DNA of 64,000 nt from Lama guanicoe. Its lineage: Eukaryota. The position numbers and the translations under genes were made by a program. The stretch lies in contig MU053559.1 of the NCBI GenBank assembly GCA_013239625.1, positions 2,276,324 to 2,340,323 on the forward strand. Reading direction: 5' to 3'. The notes below the pieces were generated by a model. That model was not told the DNA's origin and did not search any database. It saw only the letters and a program-made list of their open reading frames with translations. Shown in pieces: positions 26,876 to 40,128 of the stretch (positions are counted from its first letter, which is position 1; each line of letters starts with the position of its first letter).

Positions 26876-28968
26876 TTTAACTTTTAAAATTCTGAAATGT
26901 AGTGCACAGATGGGAAAATGCATATAAAGTAAATGAACAATTCACTGAGTGGATCTGTGTAACTGTCACTGTGGTCAAGAAATGGAAAATTGCTTGTACC
27001 CCCAGAAACACTACTCCTGTGTGTCTAGCCCAGCCCCTATCCCTCCCCCTCCCCAAAGGAAACTCCTCCCCTAAAATAAAAAATTTTAACTTAGTTTTGC
27101 TTGTTAATGCAATTTCCATAAATGGAACTATATAGTACATAATCTTTTGTGTTTGACTTACGTTTCTCAAAAAGTGTGAGATTTCTCCATGCTTCATGGA
27201 GAGGTGTAGTTTGTTCATTTTCATTGCTGCATCTTAATCTACATTAATAAATATTTGGATATTTCCAGTTGTGTGTGCTTGTGAATAACCTTGCAATGAA
27301 GTTTCTTTCACTTACAGCCTTTTGGCAGATGGACACTCATTCTGTTGGAATATACCTCGGAGTAGAAGTGTTAGGTCCTAGCATTTAGATAAGTCAACTT
27401 TAGTAGGTAACGCCAGTGTTACATGGTGATTGTTACACTTTATACTTTTCCACCAACCACGTATCGGAATTCCTGTTGCTCCACATCCTCACCGACACAT
27501 TATTGTAAATCTTCTTAATTTTAAGAATTAAAATTCTGCTAAGTATTTAGTGGTATTTATGGTGTATTTAATATGATGATTAATGAGGTTGAGCCCCCTT
27601 TTATATGCTTATTGGCCATTTACATACCCAATTTGGTACAGAGTGCCTGTTCAAATCTCTTGCTCATTTTTATATTGGGTTGGGTTACTTGTTGACTTGT
27701 AGGAATTCTTCATCTATCCTGGATGTAAGCTTTTTTTGGTTATTTTCTTCCAAATATATTTTACTCTGATTTCCCTTTCATTTTCTCCACTTCAATGATC
27801 AAAAATTCTTAATGTAATCCAATCTATCAATCCTTTCTTTCATAATAAGTACTGGATTTTTTGTGTACCCTGTTAAAATCTTCCCCTATTCAAAAATTTG
27901 TCTTATTGTTTGCCTTTCACACTTAAATCAACAATTCTCCTGGAATTGCATTTTGTAAATTGGGTGTGTTAGACATCAGATTTCACTTTTTAATATAGGG
28001 CTATAGAACTTACACAACATTGTTGAAACGAGTTTCCCCGCTGCTCTGCAGTGCCACTTTTAAGTCAACTGTCCATATATGTAGGTATGTAGATATCTAT
28101 TTTATTGGTCTATTTGAGTATTCTTGTGCCAATGCCACATTGCCTTTATTACTAAACTATATAAGTTTTGATATCCACTAGAGTTATTTTTTGCTATTGC
28201 TTGGAATCTTTATTTTAGCATCTTGCATTTGTGTTATAAAATTTCAGAATCCTTTGTCAATTTTGACAAAAAAGTTAGGATTTTAATTGGAATTGTAGTT
28301 AACCAATTTTTGGAGAATAGACATTTTTACTTTATTGGGGCTTCTGATACATGAATATTGGGATCTCTCCATTGGTTTAGGTCTTCTTTATTTTCTTACA
28401 GTATTTCATAATTTTCCATGTGGAGCTCTTGAAAATCATATGTTAGATGCATAGGTATCTGATCTTTTTCGATGCAGTGATAAGTGGTATCTTCTTAAAA
28501 TTCCACTTTGTGATGGATTGTTGTTGGTATGTAAAAATGCAGTGTTTTTGTTCATTTGTTTTGTTTTTTCTTTGTATCCAGCAACTTTGCTAAACTTATT
28601 TGTTAATTCAAAGATTAACTGTAGATTCTTTCGAAGATTTCTTTGTGAATAAGTTTTCTTTCTACTTTCTTTCTATACTTCTTATTTATTTTTGTTTACT
28701 AGTACAGTGTTGACTAGAAGAGTAGATAGAGGGCATCCTTTTCTTAGTATCAAAAGGAAAGCTTTCAACATTTCACCAGTAAGTATGATGTTTACTATAG
28801 TTTCTTTGTAGAGTAGACATCTTTTAAGGCAGTTTATCTCTCCTCTAAGGTGGGTAAGTTTTTGTCATGAGAAGATAGTGAATTTTATCAAATGCTTTTT
28901 CTACATTTATTAAGATGACCATCTAATTCTTGTCTCCTTTGTTTAGTTAATGTGGTGAATTACATTAA
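26876..28968 (-). mobile_element. L1M (L1MD/ME-type) 3' UTR plus decayed ORF2
   Basis: Continuous reverse L1 motifs, e.g. TTCCTGTTGCTCCACATCCTCACC, TGTATCCAGCAACTTTGCTAAAC and AAAGCTTTCAACATTTCACCA. Confidence 0.8.
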
Positions 28969-29505
28969 TTTTTAAAAATCACCTTTAATAAGATAATTTA
29001 CATGTGTTAAAATGAAATCATTTTAAGTATAGTGTTCGAAGAGTTTTGGTAAAAGTATATACCCATAACAGTCATTACAATCAAGATACAAAGCATTCTG
29101 TTATCCCCAAAATATCCTTTGTACTTCTTTTAAGTCAATTCCCATCCTTGCCACCACATAAGGCACACACTGACCTGCTTTCTATCACTGTAGATTGTGT
29201 TGCCTTTTCTAGAGATTTATGTAAATGGAATTATACAATATGCAGCCTTTTATTTATTTTTTTTATTTTTCAAATTTTACTTTGATCATTTTTATGTATG
29301 TATGATTTATTTATTTTTAATATGTAGCCTTTTGAGTTAAGCTTTTTTCACTTGGAATAATGTTTCTGAGATTCATTCGTGTTGCATGTATCGGTAGTTT
29401 ATTCCTTTTTTTCGCTGAGTACTATTCTATTGTATGAATATCATACAATTTGTCTTTTCATCTGTGGATGGATGTTTGGGTTATTATCAGTTTTTTACTA
29501 TTATA

Positions 29506-29849
29506 TTATTTTTTTTATCAAGCTATAGTCAGTTTCCAATTTTGTGTCAGTTTCCAGTGTTGTGTCAGTTTCCAATGTTGTGTCAGTTTCCACTGTAGAA
29601 CACAATTTTTCAGTTATACCTGAACATACATATATTGTTACATTTTTTTTCATTATGAGCTACACAAGATCTTGTATATATTTCCCTGTGCTATACAGTA
29701 TAATCTTGTTTATCTATTCTGCATATGCCTGTCAGTATCTACAAATTTTGAAATCCCAGTCTGTCCCTTCCCACCCCCCTCCCCCTTGGCAACCACAAGT
29801 TTGTATTCTATGTCTATGAGTCTGTTTCTGTTTTGTATTTATGTTCATT
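29506..29849 (-). mobile_element. Young camelid-type L1 3' end with a perfect 17-bp TSD
   Basis: TSD AGTTTTTTACTATTATA at 29489-29505 and 29850-29866. The body has TTCCCTGTGCTATACAGTA and CCCCTTGGCAACCACAAGTTTG. Confidence 0.92.
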
Positions 29850-31328
29850 AGTTTTTTACTATTATAAATACAGCTTTTATGAATAGTTAATGAATATTCA
29901 ATCTTTGTATGGGCACATGTTTTCTCTTGGGAAAATACCTATGAGGCACAGGTAGTTGTAATTTTAATTTTATAATTTTATAAGAAACTGATAAACTGTT
30001 TTCCAAAGTGATTGTATCATTTATGTGCTCACCTACAATTTATGAGAGTTCCATTAGCATTACATTCTTGCTAACCCTTGGTAGTGTTAGTCCTTTTTAA
30101 TTTTAGCTACACTAAGATTTGAATAGTATTTCATTATGGTTTTAAATTGCACTAATGATGCACTAATAATAGTTTTAAATTGCAGTAATAATGACTAAAG
30201 CAGTTGACTTTCTTTTCATGTGTTTATCTGCCATTCATATATCTTCTTTGGTTAAATATTTCTTTATTTTTTGCTCATTCTTAATTGGATTGTTTGTCTT
30301 CTCATTACTGGGTTTTAAGAGTTCTTTGTATATTCTAGGTGGATCTTTTATTAAATACCTGTTTTGCTGATTTCTTCTCCTAGTCTGTTGAGTGCCTTTT
30401 CATTTTCGTAAGAGTATTGTTCAGAGAACAAAAGATTTTAATTTTGACATCTAATTTATGCATTTCCTTTTAAGCTTATCTTGCTTTTATGGCCTGTTGA
30501 AGAGCTCTTTGCCTATCCCATTGTCAGGAAAATTTTTCATTATGTTTTCTTACAGAATATTCATACATTTAGCTTTTATATTTAGGTTTATGATACATTT
30601 CTGACTAAGTTTTGTGTGTGGTGTGTAGTAAAGGTCAAAGTTCTTTTTTTCCATGTAGATTTCCAATTTTTTTGAGCATCATTTGCTGAAAAGACTATCC
30701 TATCCCTAATTAATTACCTTGTCCTCATTTTTAAAAAAATCAATTAACCGTACATGGGTGAGTCTATTTCTATGTTTTCTATTCTGTTCTGTTGACAGGT
30801 ACATCTATTTTCCTGTCAATAGCACAATGTCTTGGTAACTGAAGCTGTATTGTAAGACTTGAAGTCAGTAGTGTATGTCCATCAACTTTATTCTTCTTTT
30901 TCAAATCTCATTTGGTTATTTTAGATCCTTTGCATTTTCATATACATTTCAGAATCATCTTTTTAATTTCTATAGAACAACCTAGTGGGAGATTGGGATT
31001 ACATAAAATCTGTAGATATATTTGGGGAGAATTATTATCTTTACAATGTTGAGTCTTTTGATCTGTGAACATGGTGTGTATATATGTGTGTGTGTGTGTG
31101 TGTCTGTGTATCCTTTTATTTAGGGCTTTGAAATTTTTTCTCAGCAATGACTTATATTTTGCAGAGTAGTGATCTTGTCCATATTTTGTTAAATTTATTC
31201 CAAGTCTTTTATGTTTTTTCAATGCTATTGAAACTGGTCTTTTTAATATCAGTTTCCAATTCTGCATTCTACATACACAGAAATACAATTGATTTTTGTA
31301 TCCTGTGACATTGCTAAACTTACATATT

Positions 31329-31660
31329 TGTCCTAGTCTGTCTGGGCTGCTATAACAGGAGACCATAGACTGTGTGGTTTATAAACAACAGAAATCTATT
31401 TCTTACAGTCCTAAAGCCTGAGACATCCAAGATCAAGGCACTGGCAGGTTTGGTGTCTGGTGAGGGTCTGCTTCCACGTGGCCAAAGGGGATGAGGGAGC
31501 TCCCCAGGGTCTCATTCTATAAGGATAGTAATCTCCTTCATAAGGGCTCCACCCACAGGACCTCATCACCTCCCAGAGGTCCTACCTTCTAATACCATCC
31601 CACTGGGGTTTAAGATTTCAATATGAATTTTGGAGGGACACAGACATTCAGTCCCTTGCA
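31329..31660 (-). mobile_element. MLT1A-like solo LTR (ERVL-MaLR)
   Basis: TG...CA termini; GGGCTGCTATAACA, TCCAAGATCAAGG and TGAATTTTGGAGGGACACAGACATTCAG motifs; near-TSD ATATT/GTATT. Confidence 0.88.
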
Positions 31661-32364
31661 GTATTCTTGTAGCTTTTTGTAGATACCGCAGGATTTTTTT
31701 TTTTTTGCAAACATGGTCATGTTATCAGTGCATGAAGTCAGTTTTACTTTCATATATATATATATTTCTTGTCTTATTATCCTGGGTAAGGCTTCAAGTA
31801 CAATGTTAAATAGAAGTTGTGAGAACAAACATACTTCTCTTTTCTCTTTCTTATTTTTTTCTACCAATTAAGATGATCATATGGCATATCTCTTTTAGTC
31901 AGTAAGATGAATTACATGGAATGTTTTTTCAAATGTTAAACCGACTTTACATTATACTATATTTGGTCAAAACATATAATCCTTGCTAATATTTTGTTGA
32001 CAATGTCTGCAGATTCGTTCATGAGGGATGTTGGTCTATAGTTTCTTCTCTTGTAATTTTTTTCTAGTTTTGATAACCCTGGTATCATAAAATGAGCTGG
32101 CTTCATAAAATGAGCTGGGAACCATTCCTTCCTCCTTGAATTTCTAAAAGTGTTTGCATCAGATTGGTAGTATTTCTTCTTTAAATATTTGATAAAAATT
32201 CACCAGTAAGTAATCTCAGCCAGGAGTTTTCTTTATGGGAAGATTTTAAATTAAGAATTCAGTTTCTTTAATAGACACCAGTCTTGAGATTTTCTGTTTT
32301 TTTCTTGAGTGAGTTTTCATATTTGTGTATTCCAAGGAATTTGTGTCTTTTCACTTTTTTCCCT

Positions 32365-33157
32365 GGTTGATTTCAACAGTTTTCTTTCAGTAATTGATAG
32401 AACAAGAATACAGAAAATCAATGAGAATATAGAAAACTTGGATAACAGTATCAATCAGCTTAACCTAACTGACATTTATAGACCGTTCTACTCAACAACA
32501 TAATACACATTCTTTCCAAATACACATGGATTGCTCACCAAGCAATCATAAACATGCTAATAATCATAATCATAAACATAAGTCATGTTCATAAACATGT
32601 TCTTATATATTTTAAGCAATTGAAAGGATATAGGGTATGTTTTCTGGTATAACAAAATTAAATTGGAAATAAACAACAGACATTTGGAAAAACCCTAAGT
32701 ATTTGGAAATTAAACAACACTCATCTAAGTAATCCAGGGATAAAAAAGAAATTAGGAAATATTTTGAACCGAATGAAAATGAAAATAGAGCATATCGAAG
32801 TTTGTAGGATACATTTATGAGCAATGCTTAGATGGAAATGTATAGCTTTAAATATTAATATTAGAAAAGATGAATGGTCCAATGTCAGTTATCTAAAATT
32901 CTACCTAAGACGCTGGGAAAAAAGAGCAGAGTAAACCCATTGTACTTAGAAGGATAGAAATGAAAAAAAGAACAGAAATCAATCTACTAGAAAATGGACA
33001 AACAATAGAAAAAAGTCAATTATGCCAAAGCCTAGCTTTTGAAAAGACCAATAAAAATTGAAAAATCTCCAGCACAATTGATCAAGCAAAAAAGAGAAAC
33101 CACAAATTATATGAAAAATGAAAGGGGACATCACTGCAGATTCTGTAGATATTAAGA
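32365..33157 (+). mobile_element. L1 ORF2 endonuclease-to-linker fragment (inverted 5' segment)
   Basis: Translates DFNSFLSVIDRTRIQKINENIENLDNSINQLNLTDIYRPFYSTT (L1 EN domain) and ends at KGDITADSVDIK. Confidence 0.9.
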
Positions 33158-33159
33158 TC

Positions 33160-34090
33160 TTACTACTGAGTTGGATATATCCCTAAATTTTTCTTTTTGA
33201 GGTTGGCTTAGCTTATGACCTCTATTTTGTACCAATGTTAGAGTAAATATATTGTGTTTCCAAAAAAAAAAAAATCCACCTTGGATTTTGATTAGAATTG
33301 CATTGAATTTATGAATTAATTTAGATTGAATTGAGATCTTTATAATATTGTTTTCACATCAAAGAAAATGAAATTTCTCCCCTTCTATACAGATCATCAA
33401 TCATTAGTAAAATTTTTGTCTTCTCCGTAGACGTCTTATATATTCTTGAATAAAATAATTCCTAGATAAATTACGGTTTTTAAATTTTATCAACGGTATC
33501 ATTTATTTCTGATGCAGAAGAACATACTGATTTTTGTAAGCTGTTCTTGTACCTGTCAACTTTGCTCAGTTTATTAGATTTAACAGTTTATATTCTGTTG
33601 GCTTTTCTAGGGAGATAAACTTATCTGAAAATAATGACAGTTTCATATATTTCCTTCTAACACTTAATCTCTTATCTCTTTTTCTTTTCTTATGCCTCTG
33701 GTTAGTGTTTTCAGGACCATATTAATTAGTGGCAGTTTTAGTGGGTGCCTTTGTCTTATTCCAGATCTTAAGAGGAATGCATTTTGAATTTTCTATAATA
33801 AATATAATGATGGAAGTAAGCTTTATTAAGTAAGAAAAGTAACTTCTATTCCTAGATTGATTTTTTTCAATCATAAGTAAAGAATTATGTCAAATTATTT
33901 TTCTACATCAGTTAAGATAATATATGATTTCTTCCTTTTAGTCTGTTGTATACCATCCTTTAATTCCTGGTGTAAATATGATCTACTGTTGTTCATGCTG
34001 CTGCTGTTACCTTTTGAAAAATTAATTTGGCTAATTTTTTCTAGGAATTTTGCATCTATCTTCAAAAGTGAAAGGGGCTTAGGTTTTTCT
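33160..34090 (-). mobile_element. Highly decayed L1ME-type ORF2 region
   Basis: GGATTTTGATTAGAATTGCATTGAATTTAT and AGGAATTTTGCATCTAT are reverse ORF2 motifs. Confidence 0.65.
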
Positions 34091-34771
34091 TGCGTGTATA
34101 TTATACTTCGATAGGAAGCTTACATAATATTTAAAAATCCAAGGACCTGAGTGAAGAAAACAGGAGAAAGTGACTTCTGAGCAACCTGAGATTCTACAAA
34201 ACATCTGATTTGTCATCAACGCTGGGAACACGTGACCTCCTAGTGAGGTGACCTCACAACTCAGCTCTTTCCCTATTCCTTTGACTTACTACACTAGGTT
34301 TCAGCATCGAACTACTGTTTCAATGTGCATATTCAAAGTTACTAAGTGGGATTCCCTAAGTGCATAATAATGCATCCATGGAGCTGTTCAAAATCACAAG
34401 GTAGATCTAAATGCAGTAATATGAGAGTGCACCCAAGACCTATTACTAAGTGAGAAAAGCATAATGTAGGGTCATGTGTGTAATATGATCTCATTCACTA
34501 TTTGTATGTATGCATGAAAATTATCTGAAAACATACCCAAGAAAATATTAAAGTGGTTACGTCTGGGAAGTGGGCTGAGGTGGGAGGAGGATGACGTGCT
34601 TTTCATCTTATACCCTCCCTCCTGTCAAGTTTGAATTTTTTAATCCTGTGATTTATTGCTTTTATATAAATCAAATGAAAAATAAACTCCCCGGATGTAA
34701 TTGACAAATACAAATTTACAAACTTACAAATCTCAGGCATATCAACTTATCACCTTCCTCGTATTTGAGAG

Positions 34772-34882
34772 GTTTTTTTTTTTTAGTATTTTTTTTTTCT
34801 TTTTTAATGGAGGTACTGGGGATTGAACCCAGGACCTTGACATGCAAGCACATGCTCTATGACTGAGCTATATCCCTCCCTC
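34772..34882 (-). mobile_element. Vic-1-like tRNA-derived SINE
   Basis: GGAGGTACTGGGGATTGAACCCAGGACC...ACTGAGCTATATCCCTCCC, preceded by poly(T). TTGAGAG occurs on both flanks. Confidence 0.9.
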
Positions 34883-35339
34883 GTTGAGAGTTCTTTTTTT
34901 TTTTAATGACAGGAAAGGGAGTAATGATGCTACAGTTGAGAAACATGCAGAGTTGAGCGCCGCATTTATTAGGGAAGCTTTACATGGATGAAATCTATGA
35001 TAAAGTCAAGACCCATTGAAATTCAGTCAGTATCCCACAAGGACGATACCCATCCCAGGGTTGCAAATTGCAGCTCTGACACGGGCAACTTCGCCATGGC
35101 TGTTCTGGTGGTGATCGGCTGGTTTGTTTAGACCCGTCAGCTCTATAAAGAAATCCTGATTTGAAAGCGCCTGACTGATGATGGATGACTTATCAAATTT
35201 ACAAAAACAGGACAGTGCATATAAATACTTCATTACCCTTGCTTGGCATTTTTTTTTTGTAAGGCTATTTTCATTTAGTTTAAATTTGGTTTCATTGAAG
35301 TTTATTAAAACTTTAGCAGATCGTAATTCCAGTAAAAGC

Positions 35340-35940
35340 AACCTTTTTCTCTCCTTGGTTATAAAAGTAATAACATTCAATGTAGGAAAAGCACACAAAA
35401 AATAAAAATTCAACCTCTAAGTACAGTTTGGTTCATATCTTTCCACTCTCTTTAGTTATGAATACATATTTTCATATTTTACATACTGGTTTGTGTCTAG
35501 ATTTGCTTACAATCTATCAAAACCTCTTCCCATAACATTCTATATCCTTCTAAAATATGATTTTGGGCTACTTAATATGGTCACCCTATAATTTATCTAA
35601 CCAATCGATTATTAGACATTACATAATAATTTTAGTATGGTAAATTAGACAACCAGACATACATAAAAATGATTTGTTTATCTTGCTATTTTGACATTCT
35701 TAGACGTATGACTGAGTTCAAAGGATGTAAATATTTCTAATCTTTTAATTAAAATTGCTCTCTGGGACAGTTATACCAATTAACAGTCTTACTAGCCCTA
35801 TAGGTTCCAGTTTCCTTGCTACCTTATCACTATAATATGACTTTTTGCATCTTTATCAATTTGTTGGGTAGAAATGGTGTCTTGGTTTAATTTGGATTTA
35901 TCAGATTACTAAGGAGGCTGAACTTATTTTGATGTACGTG
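35340..35940 (-). mobile_element. Very old L1ME-type 3' fragment
   Basis: Weak reverse L1 3' motifs such as AATTTATCTAACCAATC and GGTGTCTTGGTTTAATTTG. Confidence 0.45.
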
Positions 35941-36686
35941 AGTTATGACCTTGTCTTTTTATACCCAAGCACGTGGTAATGTGGTAGATACTCTCTGAAT
36001 AATTCAAAAAGCGTTGATTGATGAACTGGCTGTATTACTGAAATTTCCTTTAAAAAAAAAAACAAACTTTGTGGACATCTAGATTTAAAATGTACTCTCT
36101 TGCTGTAAGTTTTCTGTTTCAGAACTCTGCCTCTTTTTTTTCCCCCTCCTCTAATAAGGGTGTCCTAAGCTCTTTTGGTAAGAGTTTTAAAGGCCATGGG
36201 TATTTTTATCAAAGCTCCATATGTGATGATGACAATCTTAATTTAAATTCACTTGATTCTGTGTTCCAAAACATTCCACAGGACACACATTTTAACAATG
36301 GAACTGCTTTGTTTTACCCAAATTGTGGAAATTGAGATTGAATTAGCTAGCAAGGACACAAGACTTTTTTGGGGGCAGATGCAATATATTTTTGTCTCCG
36401 GTGAATCTTCTGTTTTACTTGATGGCACTTAGCCTATTTGTCTTCCACGAGCAAATCTGGTAAATAATAATTTACATACAATTTCAGATTTCAACACAAG
36501 TGTACTTAGGTAACCCAGAACATATATAATAACTGGAATTATAGATTGCATGTAAAATATGTATGACTCTTGAAATAATTCATTGTGTTTGTGACTAGGT
36601 ATTCCCAAGTTAGTAGGAATGTGCTGTTAAAAAGAAGTTCTTAATTGATAACCATCATCTGTTAATAGAGACTATAAATTGTAATT

Positions 36687-36721
36687 AATCCACAATGGCA
36701 AAAAAAAAAATCCACAATGGC
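36687..36721 (+). mobile_element. TSD-flanked solo poly(A) insertion
   Basis: AATCCACAATGGC (36687-36699), then an A run, then AATCCACAATGGC again (36709-36721). Confidence 0.7.
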
Positions 36722-37419
36722 TAGGAACGGGTTATTTTGGCTAACTGAATAGTATATCCACCCCCACGTGGGAGGTGGACTTTCGAAGTTTTAAAATTCA
36801 GCAAAATGCATTTATCGTTAAATTTAAATTATTTCCGTTTTTAATTTAGAAAACATCGGGATGATGAAATTCCTTAGTAATGTCTAATCCTTATCCTTAA
36901 TTGTATAGCGTTCTACAGGGATTAGATTTCGTGTTTTAATAATCCTCTTCTCTCCCTGAAATCAGCTTGTTGTCATTTGTTGAGTGAGAGAGAGAGAAAC
37001 AGAGGTTTTGGGGTTTTTTTTTTTTACAGTTATTTTTTCATAGTTTGTATTCTAGAAAGCCAGGCTACTTGTATATATCATTGTTTTAACCACACACAAA
37101 ATTTGAAATTAAGGACATGCCATTTTTAATAGTTTTCTTCCGTTGGGTCTTACTCATCTCAAGTTAACCTCTCGTTTAGAAAGTTGATCTAGCCAACAAA
37201 TAACCAAAAAACATACTTTTGTTTTATTTATTCTAGGGTCCTGCAACTCCTATACACTGTTTTTCTTAAACTGTGGCATTTTTGTCACCTAATTTGTGCA
37301 CGTAGTAATCAGCAACTTGTGTTCATTTTGCAGAAGGAAATTGAAACACCTTAATTCATTTGGCCAGGGATTCTTATGAATTACATTTTACACGTTGTTC
37401 CGTTTCTTAAAGTTTTAGT

Positions 37420-39840
37420 TGTTTTTTTCTTATTAGAGTTTACCTTTCTGAAAGTTGCCAGGGGGTGGAGGATACACATAGTTTAAAAGGCAAACAGGTC
37501 TGTAAGATTTATGGAGAAGAGAAACAGCCTTCCCTGATGTCCCCCTTCAGCTCTCCCCTTCCCCAGCATCTCCCACTCCCTGGAGACACCCCTCTTCCAC
37601 TGCTTTCCTTCCTTTGTTTCGTGTTTACTTCTATATTTCTAAGTCAATCCTTACACTGCCATTTCTTGATTTTTCTGTGCTAAAAGTTGTCCCCTAGCCA
37701 TCCCATACAAGCACACTTTCCATACCTTATTCTCCTAAGGTAGCCATTTAGACATCTCAATTAGAACAATATTTATTGTTTCGTTATTATGACTGTGTAA
37801 TAAAAGATAGTCATAGCTAAGCCAGGAAGTGCTCTTTTTCTTTTTGCTTTACTGTATACCTTTTTGTTTTCCCTGGAACGAATAATTTTCCTGTCTCTTT
37901 TGTTTGTTTAGTTTTCTATGTGCCTACCAATACCTCACCCCCAGACTCTTCTCAGTCCTTCCTCTCAGTAAGTTTGAGGACATTAGACATTCTATCAGTT
38001 AAGTCTTTTTTTCAGAGAAATCTCTCTCAAGATCTGCTTAAATATGGACAGCCAGCTCCCTCCACCTGCTGAATACCGTCATCCTAGAATCTTCCTTCAC
38101 GGCCATCTTAGGTTGTTTTGTCTTCTTGACTTGATTTTTCTATTGCCTTTTCTTATATCTTCCTCTTTTGTCTTTTGTTTTGGTGAGCATATCCTCCAGT
38201 AGCTTCCCAAGAAAGAGGGCATGAGAGGTAAAAATTTTGAGACTACTTTGCCCTTATAGTTAATTCAGAGTTTTCCTTGGATGTAGGATTCTAGTTGGGA
38301 AATTATTTTTCCCTTCAAGTTCTGGGGCATTGTTTCATTGTTTTCTAGCTTCCCAGCGTTGCTGTGGAAAAAGAAAATGCTGTGATTCATGATCCTTTAT
38401 ATGCAAGCAGTTTTTTTTTCCTTCTTCTCTTACTCTCTGCAGAGATGTTTTCTTTGTCTCAAGTGATTAAAACTCTGCCTTGATGTGGATCTATTTTTCT
38501 CCGTTGTGATGAGCTCTGTTAAACTGGAAATTCAAGTCTGTCAATTTTGAGAAATGTTCTGGAATTATTTTGTTGATGATGTCTTCTCATCTGTTCTTCC
38601 TTGCCCTGTGTTTGTATAGACCTATTTGCCTCTTAAACTCTGTAGATTCCCCTGCAGCTTTTACAAAACCAAGCTTTAAATAAGAAAAACAACTGAATTT
38701 TTTTTTAAAAAAGAACCATTTGTAAAACTTGAGAACTCATTAGATTACCTCAGCAAATGATTTAAGTTACTTCAGTTTTCTTCTACAAAACCAACTCAGT
38801 TCATTTAAATTTGCATCTTCTGAACTGGTCCTTAACTAATCTTTTTTTCCCTCTTATTTTTAATCTCATATGTTTTGCTCTATTTTCTGAGAGATTTTCT
38901 CAACTTTATCTTCCTAATCTTTTATTGAATTTTAGTTTTATTTCCAAGAGCTCTTCAACTCTTTGTATATCCTGAATGTTCCTTTCTTGTACCATCTTGT
39001 TCTTGTTTTGTAGATATAGTATCTTTCTTACCTCTCTGAGACAATAAATGTTCCTTTTTCAAAAAAAAGTTTCCCTCTCTCGGCCAAGTTTGTTTCTTTC
39101 TTTTTTCTGTTTGGTTGTTTTACTTTATTTCATATTTCTCATATCTGATGACCTTTGATTATCTGAATACGTTATAAAGCTTTGTGCACGTGAGTAGGTT
39201 TTTCAAGTGTGGGAAACACTATAGGATGATGTGCCTGATCTTTTTCACTAGGAAATCCCCAGTGATAATATATTTCCCCCTTGAACTGGTCAGATTCCCG
39301 AGAGAGGACTCTATCATCTCTTGCCAGCATTTGGGAAACTGATTGGGAAAAGAAAGCTGGCCATGTCAACATTTAGTGTGTGAAATTTCCCTTATTCTCT
39401 TCAGTTTCATTATAGCATCTCTTCTGTCTGCTGTACCTGGTGTCCCCTAGTCCAGAAACTTAGTGTCCTTCTCACCCACTACAAGGAATAAAACTTCCGT
39501 CTTTTGCTAGGATGAGGTAAGATCTGTCTCTTGGCTGTTGGGAGTGTAGGGACAGTTTGGGGTTTAACTTCTTACACAGATTATTCAATGAAACCTCCCG
39601 TCTTTAGCCTTACCTTAACTGCCATTTCTACAGCTGCCACCAAACCCTGTGCTCTTAGGAAAGTCTGAGGTGCAAAATGGGTTGTTTCTTGGCTTTTCCA
39701 CTGCTGGCTTAGGATTTAGCTGAATTGAGTCTCTTAAGTCAGTTACCATTTCTCCATCTGTTTCCACCTTCCATAATTTTATTGCTGTTGTCTTCTCTCT
39801 TCTCTTTGTTCTCATGGCTCTATGGCTGATAGAATGTGTG
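37420..39840 (-). mobile_element. Ancient L1ME/HAL1-like decayed region
   Basis: T-rich strand bias with motifs TAGGATTCTAGTTGGGAAATTATTTT, TTTTCTAGCTTCC and ATTTCCAAGAGCTCTT, typical of old L1 5'/ORF1 regions in reverse. Confidence 0.5.
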
Positions 39841-40091
39841 TTCAGTTGGTCATTATTATCCAAAACAGTGCCCTCCTTTTAACTTAAATGCAATATAATA
39901 GTCTTGTGCTTTTCTGATACATTTATTTCCTCCCTTTGCTCCCACCACCCCTCTCTCCCCTCAATCTAGCCATATGTTCAAATGTTAGATCTCATTCATG
40001 ATACACACATAAGGTTCTGAATGACAGTTGCAGATTTCAGTGCAACTGTTGGAAGAAACCATATGTGTTTGAGTGTACATGAGTGCATGCA

Positions 40092-40092
<1 letters not shown>

Positions 40093-40125
<33 letters not shown>
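40093..40125. repeat. (AC)n microsatellite
   Basis: Perfect AC run. Confidence 0.95.

Positions 40126-40128
<3 letters not shown>

Larger units (their letters stand above)
28969..32360 (-). mobile_element. L1M (L1MB-type) 3' UTR and ORF2 RT region; non-inverted part of a 5'-inverted insertion
   Basis: Reverse translation gives decayed ORF2 motifs: LGINLTK and LLFNIVLEAL (ORF track), plus NLPIKKTPG..TGEF..QIFKEEILPI and KFLGIHK near 32160-32345. Confidence 0.88.

Noticed and set aside
29530..29591. Regularly spaced direct repeats resembling a CRISPR array
   Set aside because: The units are contiguous tandem copies with no unique spacers, inside a mammalian L1 3' UTR.
32085..32120. Tandem duplication of TCATAAAATGAGCTGG, plus TCATAAACAT repeats at ~32545-32600
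   Set aside because: Ordinary slippage duplications inside decayed L1 sequence.
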